Source: Nostoc sp. (GTDB taxonomy: Bacteria > Cyanobacteriota > Cyanobacteriia > Cyanobacteriales > Nostocaceae). Taken from it: a DNA stretch of 64,000 nt. Both the position numbers and the translations under genes were made by a program. The stretch covers positions 96,001-160,000 of the forward strand of contig JBALDB010000048.1 of the NCBI GenBank assembly GCA_036918135.1. The letters are read 5' to 3'. The notes under the pieces were generated by a model. The model made no database searches. It worked only from the letters and a program-made list of their open reading frames with translations, and had not been told where the DNA came from. Positions 10,125 to 20,662 of this stretch are shown here, piece after piece (position 1 is the first letter of the stretch; the number at the start of each line of letters is the position of its first letter).

Positions 10125-10444
10125 GTTGCAAATTGCCTTTTAGACTTTAATTTTGCATTGAACGCGATCGCTTGGGCGAGAATCAATACATCAGAAACCA
10201 TTTATAAAGTAAATCTTAAATAGGGTGTGTTACGGCTTTAGCCTAACGCACAGTTTTATATGCGGTATGTTAAGCATTTTTATGATGTTTTTTGTCACAA
10301 ATCATCTCTAAATATGCGCCTAACACAAAAACTTCTGCACTAATGAATAGCTGCAATAAACAACATTTTAATTTTTCTACTTCAGTTAAATTGATTGTGT
10401 TGCTGGCAAGTATTTATTTTGTTCAGTCTCCATTCTCGAATTAT

Positions 10445-11632
10445 ATGAATTCCAATCCTTTGCTGTGTGCAGCCATAGCTAAACAGATTGCCACCAGTGC
10501 CCAACAGCGAATTACTTTCGCTGAATTTATGGATATGGCGCTGTATCACCCCGAACACGGCTATTATTCCAGTGATGCAGTCAAAATTGGCTTTCAAAAT
10601 AGTGATTTTTTCACTTCTCCCAACCTCAGCGCTGACTTTGGCGAATTGCTTGCAGAACAATTTCTACAAATGTGGGAGATTTTAGGGCAACCCGTGCCGT
10701 TTTCTCTAGTAGAAATGGGAGCAGGTCAAGGACTGCTAGCATTGCATATCCTCAAGTATTATCAGCTACACTACCAAGATTTTTTTACCGCCATAGAGTA
10801 TGTGATTGTGGAAAAGTCGCCAACTTTAAGGCAACAACAGCAGCAACGCTTACAAGATTTGCCTGTGCGTTGGTGCAGTCTAGAGGATATCCCAACTGGG
10901 GCGATCGCTGGCTGCTTTTTTTCTAATGAGTTAGTTGATGCCTTCCCAGTGCATCAATTCACTTTAGAAGCAGGACAACTGCAAGAAATTTATCTAACAA
11001 CAGATAAGGATGAAAAAGCAACCAATGCCCCATGCCCATCATTTCTGGAAGTCACAGACAAACCCTCTACACTTGAGTTGGAAAAATATTTTGACTTAGT
11101 GGGAATCGATTTAACTTCAGGTGCATACCCAGATGGTTACCGCAGTGAAATTAATTTAGCTGCTCTAAACTGGTTGAGTATAGTAGCAAACCGCTTGCAA
11201 CGCGGCTATGTGTTAACAATTGATTATGGCTACCCCGCCACTCGCTACTACAATCCCAGGCGATCGCAAGGAACGCTACAGTGTTACTACCACCATCGTT
11301 TCCATGACAACCCCTATATCAATATCGGCCGACAAGATATCACTGCCCATGTTGACTTTACAGCTTTGTCACGCTGGGGCGATCGCTGCGGTTTAGAGAA
11401 CATTGGTTTTATCCAGCAAGGACTATTTTTGATGGCGTTGGGATTAGGCAAACGAATTGCTGCTATTTCCTCTCAAAAGCAACCCCTCTCGCAATTACTA
11501 CAGCGGCGGGACGCACTACATCAGCTTTTAGATCCTACAGGACTAGGTGGTTTTGGAGTCTTAATTCAGAGTAAAAATCTCGACAAAACAGAAATTTCTC
11601 AACCACTAAAAGGATTGACCCTGCCAGAGTAA
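10445..11632 (+). CDS. MidA/NDUFAF7 (DUF185)-type SAM-dependent methyltransferase
   Basis: ITFAEFMDMALYHPEHGYY, DFFTSP, LVEMGAGQG, SNELVDAFPV, IDYG, QDITAHVDF. Confidence 0.9.
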   Translation: MNSNPLLCAAIAKQIATSAQQRITFAEFMDMALYHPEHGYYSSDAVKIGFQNSDFFTSPNLSADFGELLAEQFLQMWEILGQPVPFSLVEMGAGQGLLALHILKYYQLHYQDFFTAIEYVIVEKSPTLRQQQQQRLQDLPVRWCSLEDIPTGAIAGCFFSNELVDAFPVHQFTLEAGQLQEIYLTTDKDEKATNAPCPSFLEVTDKPSTLELEKYFDLVGIDLTSGAYPDGYRSEINLAALNWLSIVANRLQRGYVLTIDYGYPATRYYNPRRSQGTLQCYYHHRFHDNPYINIGRQDITAHVDFTALSRWGDRCGLENIGFIQQGLFLMALGLGKRIAAISSQKQPLSQLLQRRDALHQLLDPTGLGGFGVLIQSKNLDKTEISQPLKGLTLPE

Positions 11633-11742
11633 ACCTAAATTTTGAAAAGTTAAAACTCTATTTAAGAATGCAGTATTAGTTTTATTTAGACTAGCATAAC
11701 AGTAATTACTGTAAACTTAAACACAATCGGCAAGTAATAATT

Positions 11743-11838
11743 ATGTCTGCTCATGACCTATTAATGTTAGTAACACTACTTACTCCAGGGATTTTGCTTT
11801 CAGTTTTGATTATGCTGACTTTTGCCGCAGGTGGCTGA
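11743..11838 (+). CDS. Putative 31-aa single-pass membrane protein (not in the ORF track)
   Basis: MSAHDLLMLVTLLTPGILLSVLIMLTFAAGG*; one continuous hydrophobic helix. Confidence 0.55.
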   Translation: MSAHDLLMLVTLLTPGILLSVLIMLTFAAGG

Positions 11839-12026
11839 AGTAATCAGTTATTAGTTATTAGTTACAGCCGATCTCAAGGAAGATGAAGTGTACAAACTAG
11901 GTTTAATAGCCAGGTATAAAGCCTATTTTCTTCTGAATTATGTTGTATTAATAATAACTGATAATTCTTGTGAAAACGCAATATCTACAAAGACTACGCC
12001 TACGCTGTACCAGAGGAACGTAAAAA

Positions 12027-12905
12027 ATGAAGGTAGCATTTCTGGGAACTGGACTGATGGGACTACCAATGGCTCAAAGGTTATTAGCCGCAGATATACA
12101 GCTAGTTGCCTATAATCGCACCCCAGAAAAATTAGCACCACTCCAAGCAGCTGGGGCTGAAATTGTTACACACCCCCGCTACGCCATTCATGCTGCTGAG
12201 TATGTAATCCTGATGCTTACTAATGCCCCAGCCATTTATAATGTCTTGCTTTCAGATAGAGCTTCGCAAACTCTCAAAGGGCGCACTATTATCCAAATGG
12301 GAACTATTACTCCCACGCAAAGCCAGGAAATTAGAGATGCAGTTGTTGCAGGTGGTGGTGAGTATATGGAAGCACCTGTATTAGGAAGTATTCCCGAAGC
12401 AAAAGCAGGCAAGTTGATTGTTATGGTAGGCGCAGAACCAGAACAATATCAACGCCACTTGAACTTACTGCAAAATTTTGGCACAGAACCTTTACTTGTC
12501 GGGCCTGTGGGGACTGCGGCGGGGCTAAAATTGGCACTCAATCAACTAATAGCTTCCCTAACAAGTAGCTTCGCTCTGAGTCTGGCTTTTGTCCAGCGTC
12601 AAGGTGTGAATGTGGATATGTTTATGCAAATCTTGCGCGACAGTTCACTTTATGCGCCTACCTTTGATAAAAAACTACAACGGATGTTGGATGGTAATTA
12701 TACCGATCCTAATTTCCCTATGAAACACTTGCTCAAAGATACAGAATTGTTTATCTGTGAAGCAAAGTCTCTAAGTTTAGATCTCAGTAGTATTAAAGGA
12801 GTGCGACAAATCTTGCAAACAGCCATGAAAATGTCATTTGCTGAAGATGATTATTCATCACTATTTGCTGTGATTAAAGAATGGGGAGAAGCGGTCGGTG
12901 ATTGA
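12027..12905 (+). CDS. NAD(P)-dependent beta-hydroxyacid dehydrogenase (3-hydroxyisobutyrate DH family)
   Basis: VAFLGTGLMGLPMA, YNRT, EAPVLGS, KLALN, KDT. Confidence 0.9.
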   Translation: MKVAFLGTGLMGLPMAQRLLAADIQLVAYNRTPEKLAPLQAAGAEIVTHPRYAIHAAEYVILMLTNAPAIYNVLLSDRASQTLKGRTIIQMGTITPTQSQEIRDAVVAGGGEYMEAPVLGSIPEAKAGKLIVMVGAEPEQYQRHLNLLQNFGTEPLLVGPVGTAAGLKLALNQLIASLTSSFALSLAFVQRQGVNVDMFMQILRDSSLYAPTFDKKLQRMLDGNYTDPNFPMKHLLKDTELFICEAKSLSLDLSSIKGVRQILQTAMKMSFAEDDYSSLFAVIKEWGEAVGD

Positions 12906-12932
12906 AGATTAGGCATTATCAGCTTTAATTTG

Positions 12933-13011
12933 GTAAGGTGCGTTATGAGTAACATCCATAACGCACTAAAAATTTGGGATGATACCCTACCCTGGGCAAT
13001 AACACACCCGA
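12933..13011. repeat. REP-like palindrome (GTAaGGTGCGTTA...TAACGCAC); related copy at 10221-10251
   Basis: Inverted arms gtgcgttatg / cataacgcac; a similar element tagggtgtgtta...taacgcac at 10221. Confidence 0.65.
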
Positions 13012-13065
13012 CAAGTTTTCTGAACAAAGCGTAATATTTTATACGCAACTTCCAAATATAAACAA

Positions 13066-15129
13066 TTACTGACCAGTACTAGTCGTTGATGGCGACGATT
13101 CGGGAGACTCCACTGGAGGCGAAGGTTCTGGTTGAGGATTGAGAAATTGCTGCCAAGTCTTAATTTGGTCTTGTGCCGCATTATAAGCAGCACTACCGCG
13201 GGGAATGGACTTGGCAATCGCAATTCCTCTAGCAATATCAGACTGACCTTGAGAACGTGCTATGTCTAATAATTGCTGACTCCATTGGTCAATGGCGAGA
13301 TTGGCATCCATGCGGAGGATACTATTATTTGAAACCCGATCTGCTAATCGTATTGCCTCAACCAAAGCTTCTGGCGTGCCAATAGTCGCCGTCTCCTGGG
13401 CTTTTCTCCAGTTTTCTCTAGTGCGGATTTGCCCTTGCCAGTCATCAATAGCGGTTTGTGCTTCGCCAGAAAGCGACCTTCCTGAGGATGCGATTTGTTG
13501 AGCTGCACTAATAGCAGCAGTGAGATTTCCACTCTGAGCCAGTTCTCGTGCCTGATCTAAGTAGGGTTGGTCTTCAATTTGCTGAATTTTTGCTGTCCAA
13601 GTGCGAATTTTTCTGCGTGCTTCTGGATATAATGCACGACCACTACGGATTTGGCTAGCTTGGGCGATCGCAGCTTGTAATGAGTTAATATCCTCAAATA
13701 TTGCTATCTGTTCGGCACGTTCTAAATAAGGTTGGTCTTCGATTGTTTCTATTTGGGCACGCCAGCGACTCATTTCTTGCCTAGCTTCTGTTCCTCTGGG
13801 GTTACTAGCAGGGATGAGTTGTGCTTGGGCGATCGCTGCTGTTAAATTATTGACTGTTCCTTGACTAGCCAATACTCTGGCTTTTTCTAGATGGGCAACA
13901 TCTTCGATTTCTAGCTGCCAACGAGCAATTAACTGCTGCGCTTCCTCATATACTGGTCTTGAAGGATCGATTTGTTGTGCTTGGGCGATCGCTGCTTCTA
14001 AACCAGAAACGTTACCTAGCCAAGCACTTCTTTTGGCATCGGCTATGGCGATAAAGTCATCTGTTTCGGCTTGGAGTTTCGTACTTTCGGGAATTTGTCT
14101 AGCAATATTCAGTGCTTCATCTGCATCTCGCTGGTCTAGTTTTGTCTGTGCCAACGCCAGCATTTTACGTCCAAATGCCGGAATCGCTTCTTGAGCTTTT
14201 TGGTAAAGGTAACTTTCTTGCCCAATGGACTCGGCAAGCTTAATCGCTTCTAGTAAATTATCAACAACTTTGCTGTTTGCTAAACTTTCGGCTTTTCCTA
14301 ACTTATCGCCATCTTCGCGGGCTGTGGCAATGATGTGATTCAATTGGTCGTATTTAGTACCTGCCCAGTACTGATTATCTACACGTAGCATTCTCGCGGA
14401 CAGCATAAACGCCGATTGCCAGTGTCGTTCGCGTACTTCAGCGATCGCAGTGTTGTAAATACCATCTGCCTTCGACCAAATTGTTTGCCATTTATCAATT
14501 TGCTCGTTTACTAGTTTATAGGCTGCAACTTCTTCTGGTATTTTGCGAGCAGTGGCGATTGCTTCCTCTAAATTTCCTGTTTGGAAACTTTGATCGGCTA
14601 GCTTCAAAATATCCCGCGACCATTCTTCGATGAAACGATTAATTTCTGCGTGTAACGGGTGATTTTTTGGTAATTCCTTCACCAGAGCGATCGCTTGCAA
14701 CAGGTCATTCACTGTATCTTTAGAAGCCGCCAACTGAGCGCAGTGCAACCGTACCGAAGCACTAGCTAGAGGCCAGAAAATAGATGGGCAATTAGGGGCA
14801 GCCGGCAACTTCAGCAGCATTGCCATTGCTAAGAATGCTACACTGCCAGGAATCGAAATTAACAAAAATGACCACAATATCCAACTTTTCGTCCAGCGTG
14901 GCCATTTCCGATAACTTTTACTGGCTTGGGTAGTTTCTTGTGAGTGACTATCTTTGCCAACAGAATTGTTTTGCTTTCGCCGCTTCACTGACTTGGAGTT
15001 AGAATCAGTAGCTGGCACATCAAATGGTTGAGTTTCACCGAATTGCTCTATTCGGGATAATCTGGTATTTTGATCTGGCTCTCTTGCTCTGCCTCCTGAC
15101 CAACCGTCTGGAATATCCCGCTCTGTCAT
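13066..15129 (-). CDS. Conserved cyanobacterial membrane-anchored helical-repeat protein (often labelled 'chromosome segregation ATPase')
   Basis: One TM segment, then PNCPSIFWP..RLHCAQ and repeated AIAQAQQI...EAQ..I..W units; no Walker motif seen. Confidence 0.75.
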   Translation of the reverse strand: MTERDIPDGWSGGRAREPDQNTRLSRIEQFGETQPFDVPATDSNSKSVKRRKQNNSVGKDSHSQETTQASKSYRKWPRWTKSWILWSFLLISIPGSVAFLAMAMLLKLPAAPNCPSIFWPLASASVRLHCAQLAASKDTVNDLLQAIALVKELPKNHPLHAEINRFIEEWSRDILKLADQSFQTGNLEEAIATARKIPEEVAAYKLVNEQIDKWQTIWSKADGIYNTAIAEVRERHWQSAFMLSARMLRVDNQYWAGTKYDQLNHIIATAREDGDKLGKAESLANSKVVDNLLEAIKLAESIGQESYLYQKAQEAIPAFGRKMLALAQTKLDQRDADEALNIARQIPESTKLQAETDDFIAIADAKRSAWLGNVSGLEAAIAQAQQIDPSRPVYEEAQQLIARWQLEIEDVAHLEKARVLASQGTVNNLTAAIAQAQLIPASNPRGTEARQEMSRWRAQIETIEDQPYLERAEQIAIFEDINSLQAAIAQASQIRSGRALYPEARRKIRTWTAKIQQIEDQPYLDQARELAQSGNLTAAISAAQQIASSGRSLSGEAQTAIDDWQGQIRTRENWRKAQETATIGTPEALVEAIRLADRVSNNSILRMDANLAIDQWSQQLLDIARSQGQSDIARGIAIAKSIPRGSAAYNAAQDQIKTWQQFLNPQPEPSPPVESPESSPSTTSTGQ

Positions 15130-15264
15130 TTCTCACACCAAAATAATTGAATAGCTTTCTGTTTTAGGTCGATAATTCCATTGTTGCCATAGTAGCTTTC
15201 TCACGATTAAAAAGCTACTTTTTTAATTATTTACCCCCACAGATACCATTAAAACTCTAAAATT

Positions 15265-16188
15265 TTAGTCTTGTTTTATACTTTCTCCTGAAATAGTAGA
15301 TTCAGCTTGCAAATCGGCAATTAGCTGAGCTAAGCGCTCGCTACTTGCGTGATAAACGTTGCCGCAAAAATCGCAAGTTGCTTCAGCACCATCATCTTTA
15401 ATAATCATATCTTGCAGTTCGGCTTCTCCTAAAATTTTGAGTGCCCCCAAAGCGCGATCGAAAGAACAACCGCAGTGGAAGCGCAGCATTTGCCTTTCGG
15501 GAAAGATTACTAGACCCATATCTCCTAGCAAGTCGTCAAATATTTCAGGTAACGTTTTCCCAGCTTGTAACAACGGCGTAAATCCTGCTAAGCCAGCTAC
15601 TCGTGATTCTAGTTTTTCTACTAACGCTTCATCTTTTGCAGCTTTCGGTAACACTTGTACCAGTAATCCTCCAGCAGCCGTTACTCCTTCTGCTCCCACA
15701 AATACGCCCAAAACTAAAGCTGAAGGAGTTTGTTCAGAATTTACCAAATAATGAGCGACATCATCGCCAATTTCCCCAGAAACTAGTTCTACAGTACTAG
15801 AGTAAGGAAAACCATAACCGATATCCCGAACAACGTAGAGGTAACCGCTACCCACTGCACCACCAACGTCTAGCTTACCTTTAGCATTGGGAGGCAATTC
15901 CACAGATGGATTCGCCACATATCCACGTACAGTGCCATCTAAACCTGCATCTACCAATATGCCACCCAAAGGTCCATCGCCCTTGACCCGGACGTTAACC
16001 CTCGACCCAGTACGCTTCATGTTAGAAGCCATCAACAAGCCTGCTGCCATCGTCCGCCCTAGTGCTGCTGTTGCTACATAGGAAAGTTTGTGTCGCCCTC
16101 GTGCTTCTTCTGTTAAACGTGTGGTAATTACGCCTACAGCACGAATTCCACCTTCGGCTGCTGTCGCACGAATTAACTGATCCGCCAT
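15265..16188 (-). CDS. hslO: Hsp33 redox-regulated chaperone
   Basis: MADQLIRATA, ALGRTM, SEQTPS; Zn motif CGCS...CDFC. Confidence 0.96.
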   Translation of the reverse strand: MADQLIRATAAEGGIRAVGVITTRLTEEARGRHKLSYVATAALGRTMAAGLLMASNMKRTGSRVNVRVKGDGPLGGILVDAGLDGTVRGYVANPSVELPPNAKGKLDVGGAVGSGYLYVVRDIGYGFPYSSTVELVSGEIGDDVAHYLVNSEQTPSALVLGVFVGAEGVTAAGGLLVQVLPKAAKDEALVEKLESRVAGLAGFTPLLQAGKTLPEIFDDLLGDMGLVIFPERQMLRFHCGCSFDRALGALKILGEAELQDMIIKDDGAEATCDFCGNVYHASSERLAQLIADLQAESTISGESIKQD

Positions 16189-16340
16189 GAATAACCTTAC
16201 ATTTCTTAACAAGTCCACCTTTATATTCTAAGTTCTCTATTGATAGATAAGTAATGTAGTAGGTGTTACGCAAATAAACGGCTGTTGTTAGTTATTAGTC
16301 ATTAGCACTATATTTATTACTGCAAAAAATAAAAATGTTT

Positions 16341-16520
16341 GTAAGTTAGGTTGAACGTAGTGAAACTCAACAAAACCAGGGATTTTTCGTGTTGGGTTTC
16401 GTTGCTCAAATGCCATTCCATTTGCTACCCTACGGATTCTCCGTATCCTATGGGGAAGCAAGGCTGGGCGTAGCGTCTGGTAGAGTTGGAGTACAAGTTG
16501 GGAAACTTAACGCCAGGTTA
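16341..16520. repeat. REP-like inverted repeat with adjacent small dispersed repeats
   Basis: Arms ttgaacgtagtgaaactcaac / gttgggtttcgttgctcaa, followed by taccctacgg...gaagcaagg and gcgtagcgtctggtagag motifs related to other copies in this window. Confidence 0.6.
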
Positions 16521-16617
16521 TTAGTTATTTGCAAATGACCAATGACCAATGACTAATGACAAAAACTATTTGCAATATTAGAGATAGCGATGTCTCACCT
16601 TTAGGTAATCCTGGAAA

Positions 16618-16995
16618 ATGCTGGGTAATTTTCAACAAAGCCAACTGCGGATCGAAATTGAAGCACCAACAGATGCAATTCGTGACAGTCTATTGCATCC
16701 AGCGCAACTAGCAAAATGGCTTGTAGGGCAACGCTTTGCGCCAGGAATGCCAGAAGAATTGCTTCCTGGATTTGAGTTTACTACCTGGACTGGGCCAGTT
16801 CCGATTCATCATCAAGTGGACGTTGTGAAATCCAATTGCCTCCGCTTACTACTGTCGGGAGGTATTGATGGGTTTCACGAATGGTACTGGGGAGAAGGTT
16901 GGATACAGTCCCGCTTGGAAGGAGTCTCACTCTTGCCGTTGAATTTGGGTCAAACCCTGAATTTGTTGAGTTTGCGTCAATTTTTAGCAAATTAA
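16618..16995 (+). CDS. Conserved cyanobacterial hypothetical protein (possibly SRPBCC-like)
   Basis: Clean 125-aa ORF; GIDGFHEWYWGEGWIQSRLEG. Confidence 0.7.
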   Translation: MLGNFQQSQLRIEIEAPTDAIRDSLLHPAQLAKWLVGQRFAPGMPEELLPGFEFTTWTGPVPIHHQVDVVKSNCLRLLLSGGIDGFHEWYWGEGWIQSRLEGVSLLPLNLGQTLNLLSLRQFLAN

Positions 16996-17123
16996 AAACA
17001 TTGAATGCAGTGGATGTGAAGGTATGAGTGTGGGAGGGATGGGAAGGTTTTTATAATTTCCCCATACTCCCTTTCTTTGTCCTGTTGCGATCGCCGCATT
17101 ATCTTATTTGCTTTGACTTGATT

Positions 17124-17549
17124 CTAATCCGGCTTTACCACTAATACCGAACAATGAGCTTCTTCCACAACTTGACTGCTAACAGAACCCTGAACAATTC
17201 GCTTCATCCCCATCAATCCGCGACTGCCTATTACAATCAAGTCAGTTTTGTAGATATTGGCAAGGCGAATAATCTCTTCTGCGGGATCGCCGGTGACCAA
17301 TTCTAACTCACTAGTAACTGATAAGTTTTCCTGATATGACTGTAGCTGTTTTTCAATATGAAAATAAGAAAATGCTGGGGACTCAGACTGAGGACGATCT
17401 GCGGCTAATTCAAGCTCTGACTCTGATGTAGGAAATACATGGCAAAGAATAACCTTGGCATCTTTTGAAAACGCCAAATCATCTAAAGTCTGGATTACTC
17501 GTTCTGCTATTTCCGAACCGTCCAGAGCTACCAAAACATTCTTTACCAC
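17124..17549 (-). CDS. Universal stress protein
   Basis: NVLVALDGS, GDPAEEII, DLIVIGSRG...GSVS..V...AHCSVLVV. Confidence 0.93.
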   Translation of the reverse strand: MVKNVLVALDGSEIAERVIQTLDDLAFSKDAKVILCHVFPTSESELELAADRPQSESPAFSYFHIEKQLQSYQENLSVTSELELVTGDPAEEIIRLANIYKTDLIVIGSRGLMGMKRIVQGSVSSQVVEEAHCSVLVVKPD

Positions 17550-17913
17550 CGCTCTCGTCTCCTAAAGAGTAGACCCCTTAATAATAAGTATCTAGCAAAA
17601 TTAGTTGGTAGTTACACTCAACCAATTTTTTATTTGCCAACTCAGTTTATTGATTCAAAGTTAAGCCAGGGCTAGTTTGAGACCACTTTACCGCTAGTGT
17701 GTTCTAGCAAATGGCGTCGTGTAAAACCTTTTCACCAATTAATTTAAAAAGGTAACCTCTTTCTTCGGAACTGGAATCTGGCAATACCCAACTTCTGCCG
17801 CAACTGCTATCGGCAATGCAAAGCATTACCGTAGGTATCGCTGTCCAAAGTTTTAGTTTGAAGCTATCGAATGACTTTTGCCAAAACCATTAGAAAAAAT
17901 TAAGCATTCTCAA

Positions 17914-19215
17914 TCACTCTTCTTGCTTAATTCGGCGTCGGACTGAATCAGCATGAGAAGGTAAGCCCTCCGCTGTTGCTAGCACATCAATAGCACTAGC
18001 CACATTTTGCAATGCGGTTTGCGAGTATTGAATAATACTAGAATGTTTGAGGAAAGTTTCTACCCCTAATGCCGAAGCGTATCTAGCAGCACCAGAAGTT
18101 GGCAAGGTATGGTTAGGGCCTGCCAAATAGTCTCCTACTGCTTCTGGTGTCGAGTAACCCAAAAAGATTGCTCCAGCATGGCGAATCTGTGGTAATAATG
18201 CCCAAGGGTCTTTGACTTCTAATTCTAAATGTTCTGGGGCAAATTCGTTGGAGAGTTCTGCTGCTGCTGCCAAAGATTCCACAACGATAATCAAGCCGTA
18301 ATGAGCGATCGCTTTTTCTGTATCTATTCGCCGAGGGTGATCGACTAGCTGTCTTTCCAAAGCTACTTGCACGTTCTTGGCCAAAGCAGCATCCGTGGTC
18401 AGCAAAATAGCTGCCGCCATCGGATCGTGTTCGGCTTGGGCTAATAAGTCAGCAGCTACATACACTGGGTTGGCAGTTTCATCCGCAATCACCAGCACTT
18501 CGGAAGGGCCTGCCAAAGAATCAATTCCGACGATGCCGTAAACAAGTTTTTTTGCTAAGGTGACATAAATGTTACCAGGCCCAGTAATCACATTCACTTT
18601 GGGAATAGTTTCTGTGCCGTATGCTAAAGCAGCGATCGCTTGTGCCCCCCCAATGCGATAAATTTCTTGCACCCCTGCTTCTTGAGCAGCTACCAGAACT
18701 GCTGGGTTAACTGCTCCACCCGGCCCTGGTGGTGTTACCATGACTACATGAGGTACACCAGCTACCTTTGCCGGAATTGCATTCATCAGTACTGTACTGG
18801 GATAAGAGGCGCGACCGCCAGGCACATACAACCCCGCTCGGTCTACCGGGGTGTAACGTTTGCCGAGTACTACTTCATCGTCGCCAAAGTGTACCCAGCT
18901 TTTCGGTACTCGCTGACGATGAAATGCTTCAATTTGGCGGCAAGCTAGCCGAACTGCGCCCAACAACTCCTTGGACACCTGTTGATAGGCTGCATCCAGT
19001 TCCGAGCCTGTAACACGAAGTTCTTCTGGCTTGAGGGTTTGTTTATCAAATTCGGCGGTGTAATGCAATACAGCTTTGTCGCCTTGGCGCTTAACTGCTT
19101 GCAAAACTTCCCGTACCGTTGCTTCTTTGTTGGGCACCTGTTCGTCATGGGTGCGATCGCAGATCCGTTGTAGTTCTGCTCTGACGTCTGCCTGCTGAGT
19201 AATGATTCGCAGCAT
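17914..19215 (-). CDS. hisD: Histidinol dehydrogenase
   Basis: GLYVPGGRASYPST, GGAQAIAALAYGT, AGPSEV, QAEHD, APEHLEL, GDYLAGPNHTLPT. Confidence 0.97.
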   Translation of the reverse strand: MLRIITQQADVRAELQRICDRTHDEQVPNKEATVREVLQAVKRQGDKAVLHYTAEFDKQTLKPEELRVTGSELDAAYQQVSKELLGAVRLACRQIEAFHRQRVPKSWVHFGDDEVVLGKRYTPVDRAGLYVPGGRASYPSTVLMNAIPAKVAGVPHVVMVTPPGPGGAVNPAVLVAAQEAGVQEIYRIGGAQAIAALAYGTETIPKVNVITGPGNIYVTLAKKLVYGIVGIDSLAGPSEVLVIADETANPVYVAADLLAQAEHDPMAAAILLTTDAALAKNVQVALERQLVDHPRRIDTEKAIAHYGLIIVVESLAAAAELSNEFAPEHLELEVKDPWALLPQIRHAGAIFLGYSTPEAVGDYLAGPNHTLPTSGAARYASALGVETFLKHSSIIQYSQTALQNVASAIDVLATAEGLPSHADSVRRRIKQEE

Positions 19216-20005
19216 GGAGTAAGGACAATGCCAAAATTATAATATTCCCACTTGAGATTTAGTATTGCTCTTAACCCATCTGGGTGTGGAAGCTGACTCT
19301 AATTCTCTTCTCTAGCTTAACCTGGATTTTTTTGATACTCCCAAGGTCGCCAGCACATGCTTTCTTTCAAAAGGCAACTTAATTGCTTAATCCGATAAGC
19401 CTGAGTTAGCGATCGGCAGGAAGGGAGCGTGCCATTTTCCACTATCCTTGTGCCCTTACCCTCACTCCTTACAGGGGTAAAAATCGTGTGCTTCCACATC
19501 GAATTTCCCGGATTTACAGGGGGAAGGGTCTGAGTATAACTTTTACTTTTTTTCCTAACTTTTAGTAGTTAACATGTGTACAGATACGAAATACGGCTCT
19601 ATACTATAAAGTCCCTGAAATTTAGATTTTTATAGTTCTTTACCTCTGAATAATGCATCCACTTGAAGGATTAATTATATTGCCAATCCGACTGTCTGAT
19701 TCGGTTAGTGGCGAGTTAGGGTGAATATTTTATTGATGTATTTTATTTTAACGCATTTCCTCTATTGATGACATACTCAATTAGGCATGGAGGACTGGGG
19801 TATTGGGAATTCGTTATTGGTCTTTGCGTCCTTGGAGATCCCTTATTTCTCCAATCCCTTCGATTTGCTTCATCTTCCCTAGTTCCCACTGCCTACTACC
19901 TATTAGCATAATTTTTTTAGGAAATTCTAACATTGGCAATTTGGATGCTATATTAGTAAGTCTAGTAGTGTGTGTACATATTAATATATTTTCTGGAATT
20001 GACTA

Positions 20006-20302
20006 GTGGCGAATACAAAGTCTGCTCTTAAGCGTGCCCAAATCGCAGAACGTAATCGACTGCGTAACAAAGCTTACAAATCAGCAGTCAAGACGCTGAT
20101 GAAGAAATACTTTAATGCTGTAACTGTCTATGCAGCTAATCCTACCCCAGAATTAAAACAAGAAGTACAGTCTAGGTTATCTGAGGCTTACAGCAAAATC
20201 GATAAAGCAGTAAAACGAGGTGTGCTTCACCCGAACAATGGGGCAAGGAAAAAATCAAAGTTGGCGATTAGACTAAAACCCGTTACACAAACAGCTCAGT
20301 AG
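20006..20302 (+). CDS. rpsT: 30S ribosomal protein S20
   Basis: [22 protein letters not shown]...[20 protein letters not shown]. Confidence 0.97.
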   Translation: MANTKSALKRAQIAERNRLRNKAYKSAVKTLMKKYFNAVTVYAANPTPELKQEVQSRLSEAYSKIDKAVKRGVLHPNNGARKKSKLAIRLKPVTQTAQ

Positions 20303-20662
20303 TCATCGGTCAGTTGTCCTTAGTCCTTTACAATGGGGACAAAAGACTAAGTGCAAAATAGAGCCAGTTACTTAGGTAAGTTACCGGACTTGTGTGTAAA
20401 CAGCCAAAGGGTGGCTTATCCTAGAGTACTGGCGTTGAGCTAAGACTTCGTGAGGTTCAGAACTTTGTCAAAAACGAGAAAAAACAAGGTGCAAAGTCAC
20501 AAATTGGAGGTTTTCTTTGATGACTTTGCCATCCTGCAGGGTACAGACGCCACTGAAGGAGCTGGGAAACCCTAGTCGAGCAGTGGCTCAACGGCAGTTC
20601 CTTTAAGCGGGGAAAAAGAGCCAACGGACTGCCTTAACTTTGTAACAGAAGACAAAGGACAA

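Noticed and set aside
13066..15129. ATPase function implied by the common annotation
   Set aside because: No Walker A or B motif is visible; the protein looks like a membrane-anchored helical-repeat protein.
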